From positions 52,390,001-52,454,000 of the forward strand of contig OZ024747.1 in NCBI GenBank assembly GCA_964016885.1: DNA of 64,000 nucleotides, read 5' to 3'. Origin of the DNA: Eledone cirrhosa. Taxonomy: Eukaryota. Shown here piece by piece: positions 12,557-25,172 of the stretch. The translations under genes were made by a program, and so were the position numbers. Each line of letters begins with the position of its first letter. The stretch's first letter is position 1. The notes under the pieces are model-generated. The model did not search any database. It had not been told where the DNA came from and saw only the letters and a program-made list of their open reading frames with translations.

Positions 12557-12674
12557 CTACATGTATGTGAATCACAATAGTAAACTGGAGATAAGTGTGT
12601 ATGCACCACAATGCTAAACTGGAAATATATATTTATATGTATATATTTATATTAAAGAAGTGAACTGGGAGTAT

Positions 12675-12856
12675 TTGTGTTTCGCTATAGTGAGAGCAGA
12701 TAACCTCTGCCACCCATACTGATTTCATAAACTCCTGAGAGGGTACTGTAGAAATTGTCCTGTATTCCTCACCTGAGAGAGGGAGGTGGAAGAAAAGGTG
12801 TGTGTATATATATATGGTGGCAGGGGTTATCTGCTCTCACTATAGTGAAACACACA
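12675..12856. repeat. About 40-bp inverted repeat with about 100-bp spacer
   Basis: tgtgtttcgctatagtgagagcagataacctctgccacc versus ggtggcaggggttatctgctctcactatagtgaaacaca. Confidence 0.8.
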
Positions 12857-12944
12857 CATATATATATATATATAAAGAATTTGCTCCGAAATCATTAGAC
12901 GTGTCCGTCGAACCTGCGGGTCCAGAATCAGACAGATCCACACA

Positions 12945-13277
12945 ATGATCGTTAGAGCATTGGCCTTGCAATCGAAAGGTTGTGAGTTCAATTCTCAGAC
13001 CGGGTGATGTGTTGTTTCCTTGAGCAAGACACTTTATTTCACATTGCTCCAGTTTACTCAGCTGTAGAAATTAGATGATAGGGACTGGGGTCCATATCAT
13101 TCCACTGCAAAGTGGTCATGTAGGTGCCACGGCAAAAAAGCACCCAGCACTCACTGTAAATGAGGTTGGTGTTAGGAAGGGCATCCAGCTGTAGAAATCA
13201 AGCCAACATCAGTTACTGTCCCACCCTTGCAAGCAGGGAAAAAGCGGACGTAATGAAATGATGATGATGATGATGAT
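12945..13277 (+). mobile_element. SINE family B (tRNA-like head, V-domain-like core, (ATG)n tail)
   Basis: Head gttagagcattggccttgcaatcgaaaggttgtgagttcaattc; core ccttgagcaagacacttt; ggttggtgttaggaagggcatccagctgtagaaa; ends aagcggacgtaa..(atg)n. The V-domain assignment is from memory. Confidence 0.85.
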
Positions 13278-13282
13278 ATATA

Positions 13283-13394
13283 TAACGAAGGAGGTGTGGT
13301 AAGGAACAAGATGGACCTAAACTAAAATTCTAATTTAGTCCAGAAATAGCCGTCGAAACGGCTTGAGCTCTGCCGTCGGCGTCAAACATTTTCC

Positions 13395-13396
<2 letters not shown>
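13283..13396 (-). mobile_element. Second copy of the 8615-8815 family with one palindrome arm only, in (TA)n
   Basis: Shares agtccagaaatagccgtcgaaacggcttgagctctgccgtc and the ggtccatc..gttccttaccaca end. Confidence 0.75.
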
Positions 13397-13425
<29 letters not shown>

Positions 13426-13861
13426 ATTTATATATATATATAATAGAGAAAGCGAGAGAGAGTGAGGCAATGAGAGGACATATATATAGAAATGGAGAGA
13501 TAAAGTGATAGTCAGGGAGAGGGGGAAAGAGAGAACTGTTTACTTAAGCAATAAAAACAAGTTTAGAACATGAATTGTTGTAATTTAAATTAATTCTTAT
13601 TTTTCCTTTGAAAACATTTTTTTTTTCATTTATGTTCAAATAAAACATTTTTGAAGTTAATTACAAGTGTGTGTGTGTGTGTGTGAGTGTGTGGGTGTGA
13701 GAGAGAGAGTGAGGAGGTGGGAGAATGTAAAATACATATGCAAAATAATGTGTACTCCCACATTAATGTGAGTGTTATGTTGTTTATATGTATTAATGAG
13801 TACATATATTCTATTACTTAGTGAATAGAGAGCTCATCCAAATGTATGTATATATGTGCCA

Positions 13862-13910
<49 letters not shown>

Positions 13911-14254
13911 TACACATACATACATGCATACCAACAAACATTTAGCACAGCTAAACGATCCCTTTGTGTCGTAAAGGCATCCAGTTGTAAAACATTGTCA
14001 CAAAACATACTGTCCAACCCATGCTGGCATGGATAAGTGGACATAAAGATGACTGATTATATACATACATATACTATACACATTATATATATGTATATAA
14101 TGTACAGGCATATGAGACAGAATCATTGAAGTTCTTTTGTAAGCTGTGTACACTAATTCACTTATATATGAATGAATACATCCTACTGTATATATGTGTG
14201 TGTATATATATATATATATGTGTATATATATATGTATGTATATATATATATATA

Positions 14255-14325
<71 letters not shown>

Positions 14326-14438
14326 GCATGCAGCTGCTTTTTCCTTTTTCATAAAGCAAAAAGGTTTCATGTGACTAATTAATGGTAGAGGATGTGGATG
14401 TAGAAAGTTATATGAAGACTGACTGGAGAACCTAACTC

Positions 14439-14471
<33 letters not shown>

Positions 14472-14474
<3 letters not shown>

Positions 14475-14678
14475 TTCTACTATTGGCACAAGGCCAGCAA
14501 TTTCGGGGAAGGGGAAAGTCAATTAAATCAACCCCAGTACATTGTTGCTACTTATTTTATCGACCCCATAAAGATGAAAGGCAAAGCTAGCCTCGGTGGG
14601 ATTTGAACTCAGAACATAAAGGGTTGTAACTATGTCGCAAAGCATGTCCGACACTCTGCCGATACTCTTGATTTACCG
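14472..14678 (-). mobile_element. SINE family A (long variant) with (AAT)n tail
   Basis: Same motifs as 6575-6760 in reverse complement, plus the ggggaaagtcaattaaatc segment. Confidence 0.85.
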
Positions 14679-14736
14679 AACAACAACAAAAAGAAGAATG
14701 GTTTATAAACTTGACAAAAACAAATATAGGATTTAA

Positions 14737-14956
14737 CCCTTTAGTATTCACATTACTCTATATTTACTATTATATTTTCATGGTAAAGGCTTTACCTCAC
14801 ATAATTACCTCACATAATATCGAATCTATGAGATTTTGAAAGTATTTATTTTGAGAATAATACCTTAACATCAGTTTGAGCGACCAGTTACAGCCAGTTT
14901 CAACAGAAAGAGGTAGAGAATTCTGGCTGGTTTTGGCCGGTTTGAACATTAAAGGG
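14737..14956. mobile_element. piggyBac-like MITE family A
   Basis: TTAA|CCCTTTA...TAAAGGG|TTAA; homologous to 5870-6070. Confidence 0.8.
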
Positions 14957-15515
14957 TTAAAGGCGGAGAAATTTCATATTTGACAAAGAAGCATTCACCA
15001 ATCCACTTTGATAATCTCATAGCAATGCAACCCCACTGGTCATCTTTTGAAATATTCAATAGTGGTGGGTGGAGGGAAGGGAGCTCTATCCATAAACTGG
15101 AACAAAAGATTTTCAGCATTTATTAGTGGGATGATACAGAGAAAATATTTCACAACTTTTTAAGACAAACATTTCATCTTATCTCCCTTTGATTCTAGCC
15201 TACTTCACTCTGCATGTATATGTATGCGTGTGTGGGTGTATAGGTAGGCGTGTGTGTGTGTGTGTGTGTTTACATATTCAATTTCATGTACATGGGTGGC
15301 CGATTTGGCAGAGTTGGTTGAGCTTTGGATATTCTTTCTGGCTGTCTGCACTATGAATTCTACAACAAAAAAAATTGAAAACTTATGGCTACTACTACTA
15401 CTACTACTATTACTACTTTTCAGGAGTACTTCCTAATTAAAAGGTAGATAGAGCTTATAGTGAAGTTTGTGTGCATATGTCTGAGAGAGATGGTGAGTAA
15501 AGTGATGTTTTTGTG

Positions 15516-15558
<43 letters not shown>

Positions 15559-15723
15559 GAGAGCGAGAGTTTGAGATGAGAGAGGGAGGGAAATTTTTTT
15601 GGCCACTTGGAACCAGTAATAGTGACTGCTGCTGATAATGATGATAGTGGAGGAGGAGGAGGAGACATGATAGCAACCCTAACACACTTTTCTCTGGTAA
15701 ATTTAACTGAAAATAATAATAAA

Positions 15724-15927
15724 ATAATTGTTTCTACTTTTGGCACAAGGCCAGCAATTACCCAGTGTATTACTGGTACTTTATTTTATCGACCCCGTAA
15801 GGATGAAAGGCAAAGTTAACCTCGGCGGGATTTGAACTCAGAATGGTAAGGGCCGTAACTCTATGCGTCAAAGCATGGCGTCCGACCCTCTACCGATACT
15901 GCCAATCCACCTCCCTTCCGTAAAATA

Positions 15928-15959
<32 letters not shown>

Positions 15960-16783
15960 TTCTAATTAAGGCACAAGGCCAGCAATTTGTGGCCAAGGGA
16001 AAGTCGATTAAATCGAATCTAGTGCATTACTGGTACTTTATTTTATTTAGGATAAAAGGCAAAGTTAACCTCGGCAGAATTTGAACTCAGAATGTAAAAG
16101 GCCGTAACTCTTTACTACAAAGCATATTGTCCAACATTGCCAATCCTCCGCCCTAACTTTCCTAATAATTGTTTCTACTGTTGGCACAAGGCCAGCAATT
16201 ACCCAGTGCATTACTGGTACTTTATTTTATCGACCCCCGTAAGGATAAAAGGCAAAGTTAACCTCGCCGGGATTTGAACTCAGAATCGCAAGGGCCGTAA
16301 CTCTTTACTACAAAACATGGCATCCGACCCTCTACCGATACTGCCAATCCACCGCCCTTTCCTAATAATAATGTTAATTGTTTTTACTTTAGGTATAAGG
16401 TCAGCAATTTGAAAAGGAGAGGAGAATCGATTAAATCGTCTCCAGTGTATTACTGGTACTTTATTTTATCGACCTCGTAAGGATGAAAGGCAAAGCTAAC
16501 CTTGGAAAGATTTGAACACAAAAAGTAAAGGACCGTAACTCTATGCTGCAAAGCAGGGTGTCCGGCACTCTACTGAGACTGCCAATTCACCACCCTAATA
16601 ATAATAATAATAATAATTGTTTCTACTTTAGGCACAAGGCCAGCAATTACCCAGTGCATTACTGGTACTTTATTTTATCGACCCCGTAAGGATGAAAGGC
16701 AAAGTCAACCTCGGCGGGATTTGAACTCAGATCGTAAAGGGACGTAACTATGCTGGAAAGCATGGCGTCCGACCTTCTACCGA
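15724..16783 (-). mobile_element. Five head-to-tail SINE family A copies separated by (AAT)n
   Basis: Units begin at about 15724, 15955, 16165, 16375 and 16615; each has gg(c/t)a(c/t)aagg..agcaatt...actggtactttattttat...atttgaac. Confidence 0.9.
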
Positions 16784-16894
16784 TAATAATAATAATAATA
16801 ATAGGTATCAACATAATCATCATTGTAGCAACTTTAGTTCACATTGGCAGTTAGCCAGCACTTCATAAGCTGATGTGTGTTGTATGGACAATGT

Positions 16895-18360
16895 AAACAT
16901 ACACACACACACATACTTTCACCAACACACTCTGATGTACACACACACATATATTTACAGATATACTCTGATGTACATATACATTTAGACCGACACACTC
17001 TGATGTAGACACACACATACTTTCACCAACACACCCTGATGTTTGGACACACACACACACTCACACACACTCACATATTTACACTGATATACTCTAATGT
17101 ACATATACACTTAGACCGACACACTCTGATGTAGACACACACATACTTTCACCAACACACCCTGATGTTTGGACACTCACACACACTCACATATTTATAC
17201 TGATATACTCTAATGTTCATATACACTTAGACCGACACACTCTGATGTAGACACACACATACTTTCACCAACACACCCTGATGTTTGGACACACACACAC
17301 ACATATTTACACTGATATACTCTGATGTACATATACACTTAGACCGACACACTCTGATGTAGACACACACATACTTTCACCAACACACCCTGATGTTTGG
17401 ACACACACACACATATTTACACTGATATACTCTGATGTACATATACACTTAGACCGACACACTCTGATGTAGACACACACATACTTTCACCAACACACCC
17501 TGATGTTTGGATACACACACACACTCACATATTTACACTGATATAGTCTGATGTACATATACACTTAGACCGACACACTCTGATGTAGACACACACATAC
17601 TTTCACCAACACACCCTGATGTTTGGATACACACACACACTCACTTATTTACACTGATATACTCTAATGTACATATACACTTAGACCGACACACTCTGAT
17701 GTAGACACACACATACTTTCACCAACACACCCTGATGTTTGGATACACACACACACTCACATATTTACACTGATATAGTCTGATGTACATATACACTTAG
17801 ACCGACACACTCTGATGTAGACACACACATACTTTCACCAACACACCCTGATGTTTGGATACACACACACACTCACTTATTTACACTGATATACTCTAAT
17901 GTACATATACACTTAGACCGACACACTCTGATGTACAGACACATACTTTCACCAACACACCCTGATGTTTGGACACACACACTCACATATTTACACTGAT
18001 ATACTCTGATTTACATATACACTTAGACCGACACATTCTGATGTATAGACACACACATATATTTACACTGATATACTCTGATGTACATATACACACACAC
18101 ACCTATATATACTTAGACCGACACACTGATGTACACACACACACACTTTCACCAACACACTCTGATGTATGGACACACACACACACACACACATATTTAC
18201 ACTGATATACTCTGATGTATGGACACACACACACATACTTTCATCAACACACTTTGATGTATGGACACACACACACACACATATTTACACTGATATACTC
18301 TGATGTACATATACACACACATATGTACTTAGACCGACACACTCTGATGTACAGACACAA
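16895..18360. repeat. Minisatellite, about 110-116-bp unit built from three ctgatgt-containing subrepeats
   Basis: Unit: actttcaccaacacaccctgatgtttgga(ca)n-tatttacactgatatactctgatgtacatatacacttagaccgacacactctgatgtagac; accgac recurs at about 17231, 17343, 17453 and 17569. Confidence 0.92.
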
Positions 18361-18657
18361 ACATGTTTCTCCCTTACACTATCACACAGACACTAACATA
18401 CATACACACACAATATGAAAAACAAAGTAATCCTCAAAATAAAATATAAATGAACATATATATATGCGTGTGCGTGTGTATATGTCTCATACATATGTAT
18501 ATATAGTCAAACCGTTTCCACCATGCCAGGCTGGTTATCTTCTACATATTTCCATATATAATATATATCGGCTTAATTTGTTAAAAAGAAAAAAACGGAG
18601 ATGATGCTAACATATTTAGACATCTGTAGGTAGTGTAGAAAATAATACACACACACA

Positions 18658-18717
<60 letters not shown>

Positions 18718-18962
18718 TCCTATATACACACACACAAAGAATAAGAATTATTTTTTTATATATAGGCAAAGACGACTAATCCACACACACACACACACGC
18801 AGATATATATGCATGTGTGTGTGTGTGTGTATATAAAGAAGAAAGTATTTTTATATATAAGTGAAGACGACTTGTACTATTACTACTAAACACACTAGCT
18901 CTATCTTGAAAATGACAGAATTTTCAACAAGAGAAAAATTAAAACATATTTTTCATTATTAT

Positions 18963-19150
18963 GGGGAATTGGCAGTATCGGTAGAGGGTTGGACGCCATG
19001 CTTTCCAGCATAGTTACGTCCCTTTACAGTCTGAGTTCAAATCCCGCCGAAGTTAACTTTGCCTTTCATCCTTACGGGGTCGATAAAATAAAGTACCAGT
19101 AATGTACTGGGTGATTGCTGGCCTTGTGCTTAAAGTAGAAACAATTATTA
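18963..19150 (+). mobile_element. SINE family A, full length
   Basis: A-box, B-box, core and 3' end as at 6575-6760. Confidence 0.9.
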
Positions 19151-19255
19151 TATATATATATGTGTGTGGTTGATGTCTGGGAGAAAGGAGTACCGAATAC
19201 CAAAGTACAATTTTAATACTCATTTATATTAAGGCCTTAATAATACCCTAATAAT

Positions 19256-19447
19256 AATTGTTTCTATTTTTGGCACAAGGCCAGCTATTAACCAGTGTAT
19301 TACTGGTACTTTATTTTATCGACCCCACAGGGATGAAAGTCAAAGTTAACCTCGGCGGGATTCGAACTCAGAATGGAAAGAGCCGTAACTCTATGCATCA
19401 AAGCATGGCGTCTGACCCTCTACCGATACTGCCAATCCACATACCCT
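19256..19447 (-). mobile_element. SINE family A, full length, inverted relative to 18963-19150
   Basis: Reverse-complement motifs; the B-box reads GAGTTCGAATCCCGCC. Confidence 0.9.
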
Positions 19448-19595
19448 AATAATAATGAAATAACTTTAGTAAATCCTCCTATATTCTTCCTTGACCAACA
19501 GAAATACAATGTATTTTAATAGAAATATTGTAACAAAATGGTTAAAATATATGGCCACAGGTCCTTTACTTCACTATATATATATATATATACAC

Positions 19596-19630
<35 letters not shown>

Positions 19631-19748
19631 AGCTTTTATAAACTTTCATCAATACATTTCTAATGAAAGGCACTGCCCATGATTATAAAATAATTTTGAA
19701 AAAAAAAAAAATCAAAAATTTAGTGGGATTTAACCTTTTCACTTTTAA

Positions 19749-19975
19749 CCCTTCCGTGAACACATCTCTAATGAAGTAAACTCTATTTCAATTAATTAAT
19801 GAAGAATTTTGAGAGACTTACTAAAATTTTTAATTATTTCGTTACTAAGATAATAAACTTAGTGTAAGGTTCTTATATACAATTATGTTGGAAGATTTCA
19901 ATTTGAATTAGAAACCTCTAAAAAAGGTGACTTAATTTCATAGAATCGGTTTTAGCCAGGTTTGTAACAGAAGGG
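19749..19975. mobile_element. piggyBac-like MITE family B
   Basis: TTAA|CCCTTC...GAAGGG|TTAC termini; body homologous to 27518-27772, 21440-21810 and 33615-33960. Confidence 0.7.
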
Positions 19976-20314
19976 TTACACTGGTGTTTTGAAAACAACA
20001 AATCTTCTTACATGAAATTCTGATGGAAGTTCTTAGAATAAATATAAACATTTGAAAATTAACAGTTTTGTATCTTAGAAACAGGAGTAGATTCAGATAG
20101 ATTATTTCCAAAAAGGTTGAAAGTAAACAGTCGTATTTCCTTATATTTACCACCTGAATGGCAGTGTCCTAGCATGGCCTCAGTCTGTCAGCTGGAACAT
20201 GTAATAGAGTATATATATATATATATATATATATACTAATATAGGTTCCAGCGTGTTTCGAATTCACAACCTATGTGTTAAGCAGTATATGTATGTTATA
20301 TGTATATATGCATG

Positions 20315-20346
<32 letters not shown>

Positions 20347-20888
20347 TATATGTGTGTGTGTGTGTATGTATATGTATGTATATTTTTTATTCTTTTCCTG
20401 GTTTCTGTTATTAGCAATGCTAGGGTAGCGTGTATGAATGTGTGTTTACAAAATATATATTTATGTATATCTCTCTCTCTCTCTCTCTCTCTTTACACAC
20501 ATACACACACATATATAACAACAAATTTAACATAGACATAGCTTCTATAGGACTAGAACTGTTTCATTTGAAGGAAATCATCATTGTACTAATGTATTGA
20601 GTACCTTACTTAGTTTGGTTAACCCCACCCCAAAAAAAAATTTGAACCCAGGACTGACATTATATATACACACATACACAATGTACTCAGATATGTATGT
20701 ATACACGCGCGCGCGTGAATAACAACCCAAAATTAGGAAGTTAATATGTAAATAATCAACAAAATGCAATTTGCATTAGAGTTGATGGAAGATTTACTAC
20801 GTCATAAAAAATAAGAAAGATAGAAAGATGGGAAGAGTATTATTTTACAACCTCTCTCGATATATATATATATATATATATGCGTGTG

Positions 20889-20947
<59 letters not shown>

Positions 20948-21169
20948 CCCATGCTAGCATGGAAAAATGGATGGTAAACACGTGTGTGTAGAGAGAGAGA
21001 GATAATGATAGTGATAATATGGATGTAGGAGGAAGATGTCATATTTCTCTGTGGTGGAAAACTTAAGTGTTTTAACTAGGATGACTTAAAATTAAAATTC
21101 ACTTCAAGTAACTTAAATATATATTGAATGGTGTTTACACTTGAAATGAGAGAAGAAATAAAAAAAATA

Positions 21170-21400
21170 ATGAAATTTACTGCTCACACCTATGCAGATT
21201 TAACTGGTATACTTCAAAGTTGGTTGTATCTCATAGGGGGTTTCTCATGTGTTCTAATGACACGGACCAGTTATATGATGAAAAGCAACAGGAAATAAAG
21301 CCCCTTGCTTCAGAACACAACCTGCTACTCGGTCCAGGACATCAATCCATGACATTATGATGCTGACTCCAACACCTTAACCACTACAGCACATGCCCTC
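21170..21400 (-). mobile_element. SINE family C remnant
   Basis: aaatttactgctcacacctatgcagatt...ttgcttcagaacacaa...gtccaggacatcaatcc...ccttaaccacta. Confidence 0.6.
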
Positions 21401-22699
21401 TCCTGATTGAATAGTATTACATTAAACATTGTGTGTGTGCTCCAGTTAGTACTAAAATCATTATTTCATTACTAAGTTGCTAAATTAACATATGGCTGGT
21501 TTACACACAATTATGTTGTAAAATTTTTATTTAAATAGGAACCCTTTACAATGAATGGTTTTGTTTCATAGAACTAAAACAGAGCGAATTTTAAGTCACA
21601 TGAGACTGTATTTTTAATGAAATATACTGTATTTCAATTAAATAGTAAAGAACTGTGGGATTTATTAAAATTATTATTTCTTTACTAAGATAGTAACTTA
21701 ACATGGTTCTCATAAAATTTATGTTGTAAAATTTAAATTTTAATAGGGATCCTTAAAATTGTGTGGTTTTGTTTCATAGAACCAGAACCAGGCTGATATC
21801 AAGTGGTTAAACAGATCCAGTGTTATGTGGCTGGTTGTTGTAACTAATATATATATATATATAGACATATACAAACAGTAACTAATATATAGTTAAATAA
21901 ACATCTATAAACTAGGTTTAAACTTAATATATTCAGGCAAGTGTCCTTCCTCGTTTTGGCTTTTTTTGTCATATAATCACGTTTTGGCTGTTGTACCCCC
22001 ACCAATCCTTCTTTGGGTAGCCAGTGTCTTCACTAAGGTACAATGGCCAAACTGTTGTGAATATAACAACCAAGAGGAGAACACAAGTCAGTTTATATTT
22101 CTGAAGAAGGACAGACAGTATAATGACCAAAACATGAATATAAAAACCAAAATGAGGATAGTAGTCCGAATAAATCAGTTTATTGTAATAATAATAATAA
22201 TAATAATAATAACATATCTGAAGATGGCCAGATGGTATAAAGGCAGACATATTGTACTAATAACAATCAAAATGAGGATGCTAGATCAAATTAATCAATT
22301 TATAATAATGATAATTTCTAATAGGGTGGTTGACTTAATCCATTACCCACAACACCAGAACAAGCTGGCTCTTAAACATATTTAGCAGAGGTATGTTCTG
22401 TTGCAAGCATTTATGCCAAGTCTCCAGTTTAAGGATACACTACTTCATCCTGCCAGGCTCTCAGACCCTCACTAAACAGTAAAATAAAAAAAAATTCTGC
22501 ATATAGACTCAGATTTCTAGGAGGGAAGTTGAAAATACTAAAATGAAGAACTGAAAATATAATGAATCGATTTCCCCAGCACTTCTTTTATAACCGGTCA
22601 GATATAATTAATTATGGTTGTATACTTCATTTTCCCACCACACTAATTAATTCATGTAGGAAGAATATCTCCAACTTTGTATTTTATAAAAACAACAAC

Positions 22700-22910
22700 A
22701 CAAATTTATAGCTGACACCTATACAGGTTTAGCTGGCCTCCTACAAGGATGCCTCTTATAGGAGCTTTCACAGGTGTTATATCATAAGAGGCAAAGTGAA
22801 ATGAAATGTTTTGCTTAAGAACATAATGGACTGCTTAGTCCTGGAATCGAACCGATGACCTTATGATTAACTATGAGCCCAATACCATAACCACTAAACC
22901 ACACACCTTC
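22700..22910 (-). mobile_element. SINE family C remnant
   Basis: aaatttatagctgacacctatacagg...ttgcttaagaacat...ggaatcgaacc (reverse complement of the B-box GGTTCGATTCC)...taaccactaaacc. Confidence 0.65.
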
Positions 22911-23798
22911 AATTTATTTTTTCTTCTATCATAACATAGTTGTAATGTAATGCGAGAGACTAAAACAGCTATTACAGTAGCAGTCTATGGTGACAATGAT
23001 GATGATTATATATATATACACAGAGAACTAAAGATTAAAAGATTAAAAAGAATTTTCTACAGAACATTGCCGTTTTTAGCAGCAATAAGCATCTGAAGAA
23101 GGCAAGCATGAGTGATTAAGTAATTATCGTAGTGACACATAAATAATAATAATAACAACAACAGCAACAACAACAACATTAAGAAGAAAAAATATTGATT
23201 TAATAATACACAACTGCGGATATTTATAAATGTGACAAATGATATATAAGAAATAACGTATGCTAGTGTATAAATGTATAATTGGGTGTGTGTTAATAAA
23301 TATGTATGTGTATCATGTTTCAAACGTGTGCACACGCATTCACACACGCAGACACCTAATGTGTGCACAAAAACAAACATACATACATAGAAACACAAGC
23401 AAGTATACATACACACACTTGTGAACATGCAGTTTGACTCACAGTTTTGTTTATGCCATAATTATAATAATAATAATAATAATAGTAATATCAAAACTAA
23501 ATTTTTTTAATGCTATCAGAAGTATTTTATAAATAGAATTGAACAAAGGAAAGACAATGTTATCTATTTATATTATTTTCTGAAAAAAATTTAATTTAAA
23601 TTTAATTTCAACTTCTGAAATTTTTATTTTTCAAAACTTAATGAAATGGCCCAGAAAATATATTTGCATGAAATTAATTATCAAAGATTAAAAAAAAAAA
23701 GAAGAAAAACTGGCTCACAATGTGTACATGAACGCACACACACACACACACAATAAATATGTACTGTGAAACAAACACACACACACACATATATATAT

Positions 23799-23962
23799 AG
23801 TTAGTTCCACAACAAATGAGCAAACCATACTTGGGTGAAACGCACATCCTCAGGTATGGTTTGCTAATTTGTTGTGGAACTAACTTTATACTGAACTCTC
23901 CTATGGACTGAGTGAGTGCTCTACTTACTATGGATATACCCTCCCAGTTTTTTTTACCACTA
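23799..23962. mobile_element. Short palindromic element in (TA)n; probable Penelope-like pLTR remnant
   Basis: About 35-bp arms (agttagttccacaacaaatgagcaaaccatac / gtatggtttgctaatttgttgtggaactaact) around tgaaacgcacatc; tail contains gagtgctct. Confidence 0.55.
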
Positions 23963-25014
23963 TATATATTCCTATTTACAAATGCATGCATGTTGTTATG
24001 GATTACACCTGTCAGGGTCAGGGAGACTACATCATGAGAGGTCTCTTGAGTGTTTTAACAGAAGTGTGTGTGTATGTATAAGAAGGGTGGGTATTCCAAC
24101 CCATTATGCCACAATTCTTCTGGTGAAAGGAGGCAAGGTTTGAACTGAGAATGTTATGGTTCGGAAAAGATACCAAAAGACATCTTGTCCAAAACTCTCA
24201 TAAACTCACCAATCCACTCACCTGTAGTGATACTTTAGCTAATTAATTTTAAAAGGATGAAAGGCGAAGTTAACCTCAATGATCTTTATAGAACATAAAC
24301 AAATAGCAGACAGAAACTCCACCACACGCATATATATATATATATATATATATACTTATATATAATTGATGGTCTTCTATACAGTTTCTATCTACCAAAT
24401 TTCACTGATAAGTCATTTGTCAACCTGAGGCTATAGTAAAGAAACACTTGCCTGACATGCCATACACTAGGGCTGAATCTAAAACCATGTGTTGGTGAAG
24501 CAAACTCTTTAAGCACACAGACATACCCGTGCTTGTATGTATATTTATATATATTTATCTACATGTGTATATATGGTGTGCCAGTTTTGTCTGTGTCAAT
24601 ACAGATATATTTATACTAAGCAGAGGGTACTACTAGCAACATTTAATTTAATATTCTACTGTAAAATAATTGCACTAAACTAAGAGTGGAATCGAGAAAT
24701 GGATTAAAGAACAACGTAGTAAGATATATAAATATAAGTAGTATTGATTAGGCATTTGTATTTAAACGAAGAACAGAAAACATAATAAACACCACCACCT
24801 TGCATAACAATTTGCTTTCCAAATACTGACTTAATACGGTCTTATTGAAAATATTTCAAAATTACAGAGATTAAAATATAATCAATTGAAATATTTGTGT
24901 GTTTTTGCTCACAATATAGCTTCCCACCTTGTGTGATGGTGGGTGGCTTAATGGTTAGAGTGTTTGGCTCATCAGTTAGATTCTTGGTGGTGTGTTGTTT
25001 ATTTGAGTAAGGCA

Positions 25015-25172
25015 TGATTGAACTAGGGTAAATATGAACACATGAAGACATATGGCTGTGTCTGATTGAACTAGGGTAAATATGAACACATGAAGACATA
25101 TGGCTGTGTCTGATTGAACTAGGGTAAATATGAACACATGAAGACATATGGCTGTGTCTGATTGAACTAGGG
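25015..25172. repeat. 48-bp minisatellite, 3.3 identical copies
   Basis: tgattgaactagggtaaatatgaacacatgaagacatatggctgtgtc x3 plus a partial copy; accounts for the 16-aa repeat in ORF 24842..25249. Confidence 0.95.

Noticed and set aside
16895-18360. Repeated ctgatgt/ctgatat as possible hammerhead cores (retrozyme-like tandem)
   Set aside because: The motif is not CTGANGA, and there is no downstream GAAA with compatible stems.
22345-22475. Minus-strand acceptor/donor-bounded segment (ttttactgtttAG ... GG|GTAATG)
   Set aside because: There are stops in all three frames near its start; it could only be non-coding or terminal, and nothing else supports it.
2424-24143. Short ORFs rich in YI/CV/HT/LS dipeptides
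   Set aside because: They are translations of (AT)n, (GT)n, (CA)n and (CT)n microsatellites.
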